The notes under the pieces: generated by a model | The model's input: only the letters and a program-made list of their open reading frames with translations | What the model was told of the DNA's origin: nothing | Database searches by the model: none | Virus record (IMG/VR): IMGVR_UViG_3300045996_000340 | Location: 1-43,692 of that record | Strand: one strand, 5' to 3' | Length of the DNA: 43,692 nt | Origin: a virus | Shown here: positions 1 through 6,470 of the stretch, piece after piece | How positions within the stretch are numbered: the first letter of the stretch is position 1 | Layout of the letters: every line of letters starts with the position of its first letter | Position numbers and translations under genes: made by a program

Positions 1-93
1 CGTCGACCTTGGGGTGGCCGTCCTTGGTGAACTCCTGCGGCACCCAGCCCCTGAGCTTCTTCAGGCGGTCGGCGATGTGGTGCCGGCTGCTCG
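1..93. repeat. Contig-end duplication (identical to 43600..43692)
   Basis: Direct comparison: cgtcgaccttggggtggccg...gtgccggctgctcg is present at both ends. It lies inside the DNA polymerase reading frame. Confidence 0.9.
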
Positions 94-928
94 GGTTGAA
101 CTCGGTCAGCTCGATCTGGCTGTAGGCGCCCTCGACGTGGTTCCAGTAGCCCTGCTCGCCGTCCTTGTCCTTGCGCCGGTCTCCGCCGTCCCCGGACGAG
201 GTCCAGTAGCGGCGAGGCTTGGGGGGCTTGATGACGCCCTTGAAGGCGAACCACGGCTGGTAGAGGGTGCGGAGGCCGTTCTCGAGTTTGGCCTTCAGGC
301 CGGCCAGCTGGGCGTAGAGCTTCTGGCCCTGGGCTTCGTTGAACGGGTAGCCGTAGGTCTCCTGCTCGAACAGGTACTCGGCGAAGGCGTGCTCGATCTC
401 GACAGCATCGGGTGACGGCTTGCGGCCCATCAGGTGCTTGAACACCTTGAGCCCGAGGCGGGCGTCCTGGACCATGTAGTTGTGCATGGCCGGGGACCAG
501 GTCTCCCAGCCGCCCTTGTAGTCGCCCTTGTGGTCATTCAGCCGGTGGCCCCACGACTTCAGGCTGTGGGCGCCGACGAGGAAGCTGGGCAACTGGTCGG
601 GGTTGCTCTTGCGTAGGGCGCTGTCGGCCCGCTTGATGTCGGGGTAGACGAGGCGGCTGAGGACGAGGGTGTCGATCACCCTGCCCTTCGGCGACCAGTG
701 GGGGTAGAGCTTCTTGATCGCCGGGACGTCGAACTTGATGGCGTTGTGGAACGCGATCATGTCGGCCTCAGCGGTCAGCGTCAGGAACTCGTCGATGGGC
801 CGATAGCCGGGCTGATCGGCGAAGTCGTGCAGCTCCCCCGTGTCCACGTCCACCGCAACGGCGCAGTGGATCGTGGTCAGGTCGGGAAGCAGCCCATCGG
901 TCTCGGTATCACAGACGTACCGGGCCAT
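1..928 (-). CDS. DNA polymerase, T7 gp5-like family A, N-terminal (3'-5' exonuclease) part; the CDS wraps the contig ends and continues from 43599 down to 42569
   Basis: Hand translation from the ATG at 928 gives MARYVCDTETDGLLPDL (ExoI DxE), AFHNAIKFDVPAIKKLYP, SLKSWGHRLNDHKGDY and FNPSSRHHIADRLKKLRGWVPQEF. These blocks resemble T7 DNAP. The frame joins ORF 42569..43642 exactly once the 93-nt duplication is collapsed (928+1031=1959 nt, 652 aa). GAGGA lies 6 nt upstream of the ATG. It is not in the ORF track because no stop lies in this piece. Confidence 0.9.
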   Translation of the reverse strand, partial: MARYVCDTETDGLLPDLTTIHCAVAVDVDTGELHDFADQPGYRPIDEFLTLTAEADMIAFHNAIKFDVPAIKKLYPHWSPKGRVIDTLVLSRLVYPDIKRADSALRKSNPDQLPSFLVGAHSLKSWGHRLNDHKGDYKGGWETWSPAMHNYMVQDARLGLKVFKHLMGRKPSPDAVEIEHAFAEYLFEQETYGYPFNEAQGQKLYAQLAGLKAKLENGLRTLYQPWFAFKGVIKPPKPRRYWTSSGDGGDRRKDKDGEQGYWNHVEGAYSQIELTEFNPSSRHHIADRLKKLRGWVPQEFTKDGHPKVD

Positions 929-940
929 GTGGTATCCTCA

Positions 941-956
941 GGTGGATAGGAGGGGG
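941..956 (-). promoter_or_regulatory. Copy of the conserved minus-strand motif (CCCCCTCCTATCCACC), 12 nt upstream of the DNAP start
   Basis: Member of the roughly 13-copy CTGACCTATCCACC family (see findings). Confidence 0.45.
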
Positions 957-960
957 CAGC

Positions 961-1125
961 CTATTTGGCGATCTCCACCCGGATCGACGCGATCTCAGAC
1001 CGCGGCAGATCGGGCAGGCCGTTGGAGGCGATGTCGCTTGCGATTGCCCAGGAGGCCGCCAGGCCGGTGACCTTCTGGACGCGCGGCTTCGAGCCGTCCC
1101 GAGGGACGACGATGACGTTCAGCAT
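961..1125 (-). CDS. Hypothetical small protein (54 aa)
   Basis: Internal ATG of ORF 961..1176 (MLNVIVVPRDG...), preceded by GAGG. It starts 10 nt after the stop of 1136..1324 in a tightly packed same-strand array. Confidence 0.4.
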   Translation of the reverse strand: MLNVIVVPRDGSKPRVQKVTGLAASWAIASDIASNGLPDLPRSEIASIRVEIAK

Positions 1126-1135
1126 GTTGGGGACC

Positions 1136-1324
1136 TCAGTGTGCGAAGACGACGTGGAGACGCTCAGCGTCCTCAATCTCGACAGCCATCACCTCGATGG
1201 CCTCGTCGATCACCTCGTAGACGGCGGCAGTCAGGCAGGGGACGGCGACAGTGGCCTCGGGGTTCAGCCGGGCACAGGCCAACGCCATGCTCATGGCGAC
1301 GTGGGCGCGCTCCATCGGGTCCAT
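1136..1324 (-). CDS. Hypothetical small protein (62 aa)
   Basis: ORF track. Its ATG overlaps the stop of the upstream ORF (ATGA at 1322-1326). Confidence 0.45.
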   Translation of the reverse strand: MDPMERAHVAMSMALACARLNPEATVAVPCLTAAVYEVIDEAIEVMAVEIEDAERLHVVFAH

Positions 1325-1533
1325 CAGCCGATCTCGCTCAGCTGGCCGCCGATGTGTGCGGCGCTCCGGGCGATCTCGGTCAGACCCGCCTCACGCGCCC
1401 GATTGGCCAGGCTGGTGAAGCGTTCGTCGAGCTGCGGCAGGACCGCCTTCAGGACCAGGTACTCGTTGGTCAGCTGCTCGCGCAGCGCGAGGACCCACGG
1501 CTGCTCGGTCGGGGTGATGTTGGTCTGCTGCAT
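1324..1533 (-). CDS. Hypothetical small protein (69 aa)
   Basis: Internal ATG (MQQTNITPTEQ...) of ORF 1324..1692, preceded by GGAGGG. The upstream extension is Arg/Pro-rich and looks non-coding. Confidence 0.5.
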   Translation of the reverse strand: MQQTNITPTEQPWVLALREQLTNEYLVLKAVLPQLDERFTSLANRAREAGLTEIARSAAHIGGQLSEIG

Positions 1534-1730
1534 CAGCGAGCCCTCCTGGCATGGCGCTGTTCGACGACGGGGGCGTCCCGCAGGTACTCGATCTCGATCG
1601 AGGTGCGGGTCTCGCCGGGGACCTCGGGGCGGCACATCGCCGCCGATGCCAAGGCGACCTTGAGGCTGACGGCGGTGATCTCCCTCGACCACTCGCCGCT
1701 CACCACGCGGTAGGTGCGGAGCGTGTTCAT
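1533..1730 (-). CDS. Hypothetical small protein (65 aa)
   Basis: ORF track. The start overlaps the primase-helicase stop (ATGA). Confidence 0.4.
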   Translation of the reverse strand: MNTLRTYRVVSGEWSREITAVSLKVALASAAMCRPEVPGETRTSIEIEYLRDAPVVEQRHARRAR

Positions 1731-3379
1731 CAGAAGGGGCTCTCCTGGTTGTCGTCTGCGGTCTCGAATGGGTTGTCGATGACCTCGCCGTAGAGGCCGG
1801 TGCTCGGGTCGTACCGGATGGTCAGGACCTCGCCCGTCGAGCTACCCCGAGGGCGACACTTCAGGATGCGGAGGGTGGCGGTCTGCCGCTCCTCCGGGTC
1901 TTCAGCCTGCTGGTTGCGCTCCAGACCGAAGATCACGTGCGACCAGAAGCCGATCGAGCTGGAGCCCTTGAAGTTGCGGATGGTCACCCGCCCGCCTTCC
2001 TCGTGGGCCTTGCCGCCATCGTTGCGCGACAGGTGGCTCACGGCGTGGAGGACGATGCCCAGCTCCTTCGCCAGCATCGCCATGTCGGCCATGAGCTTCT
2101 CGATCTCCCGCCGCTCGTCGTCGGAGCGGGCGGAGAAGGCGGTGATGTGGTCGATCACCACCTCGTTGCAGTCCCAGGACTTGACGAGGTAGCGGATGTG
2201 GGTCTTGACCTCGTCCCAGTCCGTGGTGCCCCAGTTGTCGTAGATGATCAGGCGGTCCTGCGCGTTCAGCCACTCCAGCCGGGTGCGCAGCTCGTCCACC
2301 GTCCAGCCGGCGCCGGGGTGGTTGTAGAGCTTGCCGTCGATCTTGCTGGCCACGTACCGGGCGGTCTCGACCGGGTCGTTCTCGAACATGAACAGCCCGA
2401 TCTTCTCGGTCCCGCACTGCATGATGTGGGCGACCACCTGCATCAGCACGTCCGTCTTGCCGGCTCCCGTGCCGGCGCCCCAGGTGATCAGCTGCCCCGG
2501 CCGGCGCCCGTAGGTCAGGTCGGTGAGGCGCTGCCAGGGGTACGGGTTGCCCATCTCCGGGGCGGTGAGAGCGCGCTCGATGACGTCGCCGATCTTCAGC
2601 AGCCCATCGGGGCGGAACTCCTTGGCGCCCCACAGGCAGTTGATCAGCTCCTCCCCTCGGCCCGCGACCAGCATGTCGTTGGCGTCGTGGAGGGGGTAGC
2701 TCGCGATCTTCGCCTTGCCGGGTGAGAGGCACATGGCGGCAGCCTTGGCACTGGCGCGCCCCTGCTCGTCCATGTCGAACGCGATGATGACCTCGTCGAA
2801 CTTCTCCAGCCACTTCACGTGCCGGCCGATGTACTTGGTGATCTTCGCCGTGTGCTCAGGCTTCGCTGCCCCGCACCCGATCGAGACGACCGGCCACTTG
2901 TTGGACTGGAGCTGGCTGATCGAGAGGGCGTCGATCTCCCCCTCGGTGACGATCACCCGCCGGCCGCCATCCCGCCAGAGGTGCTGGCCGAACATGACCG
3001 CCGACTTGGCATCGCCGAGCCAGACGAACTCCTTGTTGGGGAACCGGATATGCTGGGCTACCAGGCTGCCGTCCTCGTCGAAGTACGGCGCGATCTGCAC
3101 CGTCTTGCCGCCGAGGGTGCCCACCGTGTAGCCGAACTTGGCGCACGTCTCCTGGCTGATCTCCCTCTTCTGGAGCGGCCGAACCTCGCCGGCCGGGATC
3201 AGGTCGGCTGTCATTCGGGGTTCCCTTCTGGTGGAAGTTGAAGGGGGAGCACCGTCCCCCTTCTCGTGGTGGCCGCAGCCGAAGCACCAGGCGTGCCCAT
3301 CGGTGTAGCGGGCCAGGTTGTCGCTGGACCCGCACTCCGGGCAGGGCTCGTGGTGCAGGAACTCGCTCTCGGTCGTCAT
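1730..3379 (-). CDS. Bifunctional DNA primase/helicase (T7 gp4-like)
   Basis: N-terminal Zn finger CPECGSSDNL...CFGCGHH, TOPRIM VIVTEGEIDALS, Walker A GAGTGAGKT, and a DnaB-like C-terminal half. 549 aa. It sits at the T7 gene 4 position. Confidence 0.95.
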   Translation of the reverse strand: MTTESEFLHHEPCPECGSSDNLARYTDGHAWCFGCGHHEKGDGAPPSTSTRREPRMTADLIPAGEVRPLQKREISQETCAKFGYTVGTLGGKTVQIAPYFDEDGSLVAQHIRFPNKEFVWLGDAKSAVMFGQHLWRDGGRRVIVTEGEIDALSISQLQSNKWPVVSIGCGAAKPEHTAKITKYIGRHVKWLEKFDEVIIAFDMDEQGRASAKAAAMCLSPGKAKIASYPLHDANDMLVAGRGEELINCLWGAKEFRPDGLLKIGDVIERALTAPEMGNPYPWQRLTDLTYGRRPGQLITWGAGTGAGKTDVLMQVVAHIMQCGTEKIGLFMFENDPVETARYVASKIDGKLYNHPGAGWTVDELRTRLEWLNAQDRLIIYDNWGTTDWDEVKTHIRYLVKSWDCNEVVIDHITAFSARSDDERREIEKLMADMAMLAKELGIVLHAVSHLSRNDGGKAHEEGGRVTIRNFKGSSSIGFWSHVIFGLERNQQAEDPEERQTATLRILKCRPRGSSTGEVLTIRYDPSTGLYGEVIDNPFETADDNQESPF

Positions 3380-3633
3380 CAGCCGCCGATGTGGCTGACC
3401 AGCGAGTACCGGGCGTAGGCCCGGCCGGTGACGTCGCGCTTGCGCTCGTCGATGATCATGTAGCCGCGATCACGCAGCTCGCAGATGCGGGCGGCCAGCC
3501 GCTCGATGCGGTACAGGTCGCGGGCCTCGTGCTGGCTGATGGTGCGGCGGGTGCCAGTCTTCGGGTCGCGCGAGCGCAGGTGGTTCAGGATCAGGTCGTG
3601 CTGGGTCGCGCCGTTGAACAGCTGGGTCGTCAT
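3379..3633 (-). CDS. Small winged-helix (HTH_39-like) DNA-binding protein
   Basis: 84 aa. The segment ISQHEARDLYRIERLAARICELRDRGYMI matches the pattern of small phage wHTH proteins as recalled. The stop overlaps the primase start. Confidence 0.55.
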   Translation of the reverse strand: MTTQLFNGATQHDLILNHLRSRDPKTGTRRTISQHEARDLYRIERLAARICELRDRGYMIIDERKRDVTGRAYARYSLVSHIGG

Positions 3634-3699
3634 GGGGATGACCTTTCTCGGTTGTCGAGGGCTGATGGAACGGGAGGCGGCCCCCGAAGGGGCGGGGAG

Positions 3700-4413
3700 C
3701 TAGGAGAGGAGGTCCCTGAGCAGGTTCAGGAAGCTCACCAGCTTGGTGGGCTCCTTGGGAGCGGGAGCCTTGGGAGCGGGAGCCTTGGGAGCGGGAGCCT
3801 CGGGCGTGGTGCTCTCGCTGATAACTGCATCCAGATCGGGAAGAGACACGCCGGTCAGGATCAGGGTGCGCTGCGCATCGTCGACCGCGAACTCGGCGAG
3901 CCGGTTCATCCAGCCCTTGCGGAAGACTTCCTGGCTGGGCTTGCGGGTGATCAGGTCGAGGTAGAACTGGCGGCGACGCTCCACGAGTGCGCGCAGCAGC
4001 TCCTCCTCCCCGATGTTGACGAGCAACTCCCGAACCCGCTCGGCGGTCTTCGGGCCGAGCTTGCCGTCGACCTCCAGGGGGCGGAGGTCGCGCAGGAGGA
4101 CTGTCTGCTGGACGAACCGGATCGCCTGCGTCGGGCCGTGGTTGACGGCGCAGTCGAAGACGAACGGCTGGATCTCGGCGGGGAGCAGGTTGATCCGCGG
4201 CGCGAAGTAGTAGTTCTGCGCGTAGATCGTCCGAGCTTCCTGCTTGGTCATCATGCGGACGTCATCGGCCGAGCATGACGCCAGCCCACGGTAGGAGGCG
4301 AGGGTGGTGTGGGTGATGCCGAAGTTGGTCGGGCCGCCCTTGTCGGCGGGGTTATTGATGTAGCCAGCCTCACGGCGGAGGATGTCGTCGATCATCTGGT
4401 CGACCGTCTTCAT
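3700..4413 (-). CDS. Endolysin: GH108-type muramidase N-domain plus PG_binding_3-like domain, (APAPK)3 linker and amphipathic C-terminal helix
   Basis: Internal ATG MKTVDQMIDDILRREAGYINNPADKGGPTNFGIT (GH108 signature EGGY-x-N-x-P-x-D-x-GG-x-T-x-x-GIT). It ends ...APAPKAPAPKAPAPKEPTKLVSFLNLLRDLLS. The ATG overlaps the endonuclease I stop (ATGA). It occupies the T7 gene 3.5 position. Confidence 0.85.
   Translation of the reverse strand: MKTVDQMIDDILRREAGYINNPADKGGPTNFGITHTTLASYRGLASCSADDVRMMTKQEARTIYAQNYYFAPRINLLPAEIQPFVFDCAVNHGPTQAIRFVQQTVLLRDLRPLEVDGKLGPKTAERVRELLVNIGEEELLRALVERRRQFYLDLITRKPSQEVFRKGWMNRLAEFAVDDAQRTLILTGVSLPDLDAVISESTTPEAPAPKAPAPKAPAPKEPTKLVSFLNLLRDLLS
3753..3797. repeat. Tandem 15-bp repeat x3 (ccttgggagcgggag) encoding the APAPK linker
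   Basis: Read directly from the sequence. Confidence 0.9.
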
Positions 4414-4877
4414 GCCTTGCCCTTCTTGGTGGCGCCCGACTGGCGGAACCGCTCGATCGCGATCCAGCGCTTGGGGCAGTTGGGCTCCTCCGCCCACTCG
4501 ACCGGGACGGTCTTGTCAGCGAAGGGGATGTCGAGGTGGCGGCAGAAGTCGGCGTAGGTGGTCTGGCTCTGCTTCGAGATGCGAGCCCTGGAGTTGGAGA
4601 AGACCATGCGGAGGTCGAGATCGACGTGCTGGGTGCGGATCAGCCGGATCTTCTGCCGATCAGCAGTGACCCAGCGCCCCTTGGTCTCGACGATGATGCC
4701 GTTGGGGAGCACGAAGTCGGGCGTGTATCGGGCACGCCGCGGTGGCACCTCGTACTCCCCGGTCAGCTCCTCGTAGGAGAAGCCGACCCCTTGCGAGGCC
4801 AGCTCCTTCGCTACGCGTTCCTCCAGCCCCGACCGCCAGCCATACTTCAGCGCGGCTGCGCGTTGGGGGCTTGCCAT
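4410..4877 (-). CDS. Holliday-junction resolvase, endonuclease I (T7 gp3-like)
   Basis: YGWRSGLEERVAKEL...YTPDFVLPNGIIVETKGRW...LRMVFSNSRARISK...YADFCRHLDIPFADK aligns closely by eye with T7 gp3 (FRSGLEDKVSKQL...YTPDFLLPNGIFVETKG...IRIVFSSSRTKL). Confidence 0.92.
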   Translation of the reverse strand: MASPQRAAALKYGWRSGLEERVAKELASQGVGFSYEELTGEYEVPPRRARYTPDFVLPNGIIVETKGRWVTADRQKIRLIRTQHVDLDLRMVFSNSRARISKQSQTTYADFCRHLDIPFADKTVPVEWAEEPNCPKRWIAIERFRQSGATKKGKA

Positions 4878-5569
4878 CAGAACTCGTCCTCGTCCCCGGC
4901 AGCGCCACCACCGTTGCCGGCGAAGGCGTTGCCCGCAGGCGCGTCGTCGTCGTCCTCGTAGCCCTCCTCCGCGCCGAAGCCGAAGTCGGACGCCGAGCGG
5001 CTGGTCTTGACGAGCTTCAGGACCTGGACAGCAGAGATGTCGAGCCGAACGCCGGCCTCCTTGTTGCCCGGCATCCAGGTGCTGCGGGTGGTAAAGGCGA
5101 CCTTGATGATCGAGCCGCCGTAGATGGCGTCAGTGATCGCCTCGCCCCGCGCGTTGAACAGCGGGATCTTGACCTCGATGATCTGGCCGTCCTTGCGCTT
5201 GATCTTGGCGTTCTGCTTGAAGTTGACCAGGAAGTTGCCGGTCTCGTCGCCGTCGTCGTCCATCTCCTCCTTGTAGGGGTAGGTCGCCTTGACGAGCTTC
5301 TTCTCCTTCGGGTGCTCGGTCTTGGCCTGCTCGACGGACGCGTCGACGAGCTGGTCGAGGAACGCCTTGAAGGTCAGGCCGTCGCGGTAGACGGACGAGG
5401 TGAACACGGCGGCCGGGATCTGGAGGCTGGTCTTGTAGACGCCACCCCACTCCTCGGCGGTCATGCCAGCCGGGACGAACTTGGTGTCCGGGCGGTTCAG
5501 CCACGGATAGACGGCCACTCCCTCACAAGAGATGTAGCTCGGCTTGCGGTTCTTCTTCGGTGCAGCCAT
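4877..5569 (-). CDS. Single-stranded DNA-binding protein (T7 gp2.5-like)
   Basis: 230 aa with an acidic C-terminal tail ending GDEDEF, like gp2.5, which ends in an acidic run plus Phe. It sits at the T7 2.5 position directly upstream of endonuclease I. Confidence 0.8.
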   Translation of the reverse strand: MAAPKKNRKPSYISCEGVAVYPWLNRPDTKFVPAGMTAEEWGGVYKTSLQIPAAVFTSSVYRDGLTFKAFLDQLVDASVEQAKTEHPKEKKLVKATYPYKEEMDDDGDETGNFLVNFKQNAKIKRKDGQIIEVKIPLFNARGEAITDAIYGGSIIKVAFTTRSTWMPGNKEAGVRLDISAVQVLKLVKTSRSASDFGFGAEEGYEDDDDAPAGNAFAGNGGGAAGDEDEF

Positions 5570-5586
5570 GGTGGATCTGTTCCTCA

Positions 5587-5601
5587 GGTGGATACGTCAG
5601 G
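5587..5601 (-). promoter_or_regulatory. Motif copy CCTGACGTATCCACC, 17 nt upstream of the SSB start
   Basis: CTGACCTATCCACC family. It is followed by TGAGGAACAGATCCACCATG. Confidence 0.45.
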
Positions 5602-5659
5602 GCGTGCGGAAGCGCTGGCCGGCGAGCGGCTCAGCCCGTTCGGAGCAGTCGGGGAAGGT

Positions 5660-5788
5660 TCAGCTGTGGGCGGCTTCGAGTTCCGAGAAGTCGACGCCCG
5701 CCTCGACCAACCGGAAGATCAGGTCGGTGGGAACGGGCTCGCCTCTGGTCAGTAGGGCGACTGCGCGGTCGATCAGGCGCTCGATCAT
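5660..5788 (-). CDS. Hypothetical small protein (42 aa, below the ORF-track cut-off)
   Basis: Hand translation MIERLIDRAVALLTRGEPVPTDLIFRLVEAGVDFSELEAAHS. The ATG overlaps the stop of 5785..6126 (ATGA). Confidence 0.4.
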   Translation of the reverse strand: MIERLIDRAVALLTRGEPVPTDLIFRLVEAGVDFSELEAAHS

Positions 5789-6126
5789 GCTTCTTGTCCC
5801 ACGATGGCGAGGGTCTCCCAGGCCTGCCCCACGGCGACCACGCAGGTCGGCCGCTTGGGGTAGGTCACGAGGATCGTCCAGCCCCCCTCGGGGGAGACCA
5901 GGACTTCGAGGACGCCGCCATCGGCGGACAGCCCGAGCGCCTGGGGGGTCTCGTGGTGGCGTTCTTCGAGGCGCTTGAGGATCTCGGTGCGGTCACCGCA
6001 GACCTGGCGGCTCACAGGAGCGGACGGCGCTGCTTCCTCAGCGAAGGCGGGGGCCGAGGCGGTGCAGGTTGTGGCGAGCGAGGCGAGGCTCGTCGCGATC
6101 AGGGCGTAGAGGATGCGTCTGTTCAT
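5785..6126 (-). CDS. Exported (signal-peptide) small protein, hypothetical
   Basis: MNRRILYALIATSLASLATTCTASAPAFA then a mature domain with 2 Cys. The ATG at 6126 overlaps the upstream stop. The ORF track starts 3 nt earlier at a GTG. Confidence 0.6.
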   Translation of the reverse strand: MNRRILYALIATSLASLATTCTASAPAFAEEAAPSAPVSRQVCGDRTEILKRLEERHHETPQALGLSADGGVLEVLVSPEGGWTILVTYPKRPTCVVAVGQAWETLAIVGQEA

Positions 6127-6386
6127 CACAGCTCCCAGCGCATGTACTCGGACACGGCGGCGAACTCCGGCCGGCGGCCCGAGGCGTGGTTCATCAGGTT
6201 GCTGGTGGCGGACATCACGTCCTGGGCGTCGAGCCCGAAGCGCTCGCAGAGCAGGACGAACAGGGCTGCCGACGCGAGAACCTGGGCCTCACGCGGGAAC
6301 CGCTGGATGGCGTCGAGCGCACCCATCGTGGCCTCGCCAGCGGTGACGAGGGGCATCGAGTTCAGGCGGTCACGGTTGATCAGCAT
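6126..6386 (-). CDS. Hypothetical protein (86 aa), first gene after the RNAP
   Basis: Internal ATG MLINRDRLNS... preceded by GGAG 8 nt upstream. The longer ORF-track start (6428) would include the promoter-like element. Confidence 0.5.
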   Translation of the reverse strand: MLINRDRLNSMPLVTAGEATMGALDAIQRFPREAQVLASAALFVLLCERFGLDAQDVMSATSNLMNHASGRRPEFAAVSEYMRWEL

Positions 6387-6405
6387 GAGGTGCTCCGTTT
6401 GGCAT

Positions 6406-6428
6406 GGTGGAGTGAGGGGGTAATTCAC
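6406..6428 (-). promoter_or_regulatory. Candidate phage-RNAP promoter P1 (GTGAATTACCCCCTCACTCCACC)
   Basis: One of three near-identical 23-mers. An AT-rich block plus CCCTCACT matches the layout of the T3 (AATTAACCCTCACTAAAGGGAGA) and T7 promoters. It lies 38 nt after the RNAP stop, like T7 phi1.1. Confidence 0.6.
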
Positions 6429-6458
6429 CCCGTCACCCTGGCATCTGATGACGGGGTG
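6426..6458 (-). terminator. GC-rich stem-loop between the RNAP stop and P1 (10-bp perfect stem caccccgtca/tgacggggtg, 13-nt loop)
   Basis: Inverted repeat read directly. There is no U-tract, so it could be a processing or stability element rather than a terminator. Confidence 0.35.
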
Positions 6459-6470
6459 GATTGGATCAGG
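6455..6470 (-). promoter_or_regulatory. Motif copy CCTGATCCAATCCACC overlapping the RNAP stop codon
   Basis: CTGACCTATCCACC family (degenerate copy). Confidence 0.3.

Noticed and set aside
1-93. The end duplication read as a physical direct terminal repeat
   Set aside because: It lies in the middle of the DNA polymerase reading frame, and collapsing it restores the gene. This is typical of a circularised assembly overlap.
3671-3700. A small GCCCC-CGAA-GGGGC stem-loop after the endolysin gene, considered as a terminator
   Set aside because: It has only a 5-bp stem and no U-tract. That is not distinguishable from chance in GC-rich DNA.
5574-5580. ATCTGTT, the T7 RNAP class II pause/termination signal
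   Set aside because: It is on the plus strand, while all transcription here runs on the minus strand. It is a by-product of the GATCCACC sequence upstream of the SSB start.
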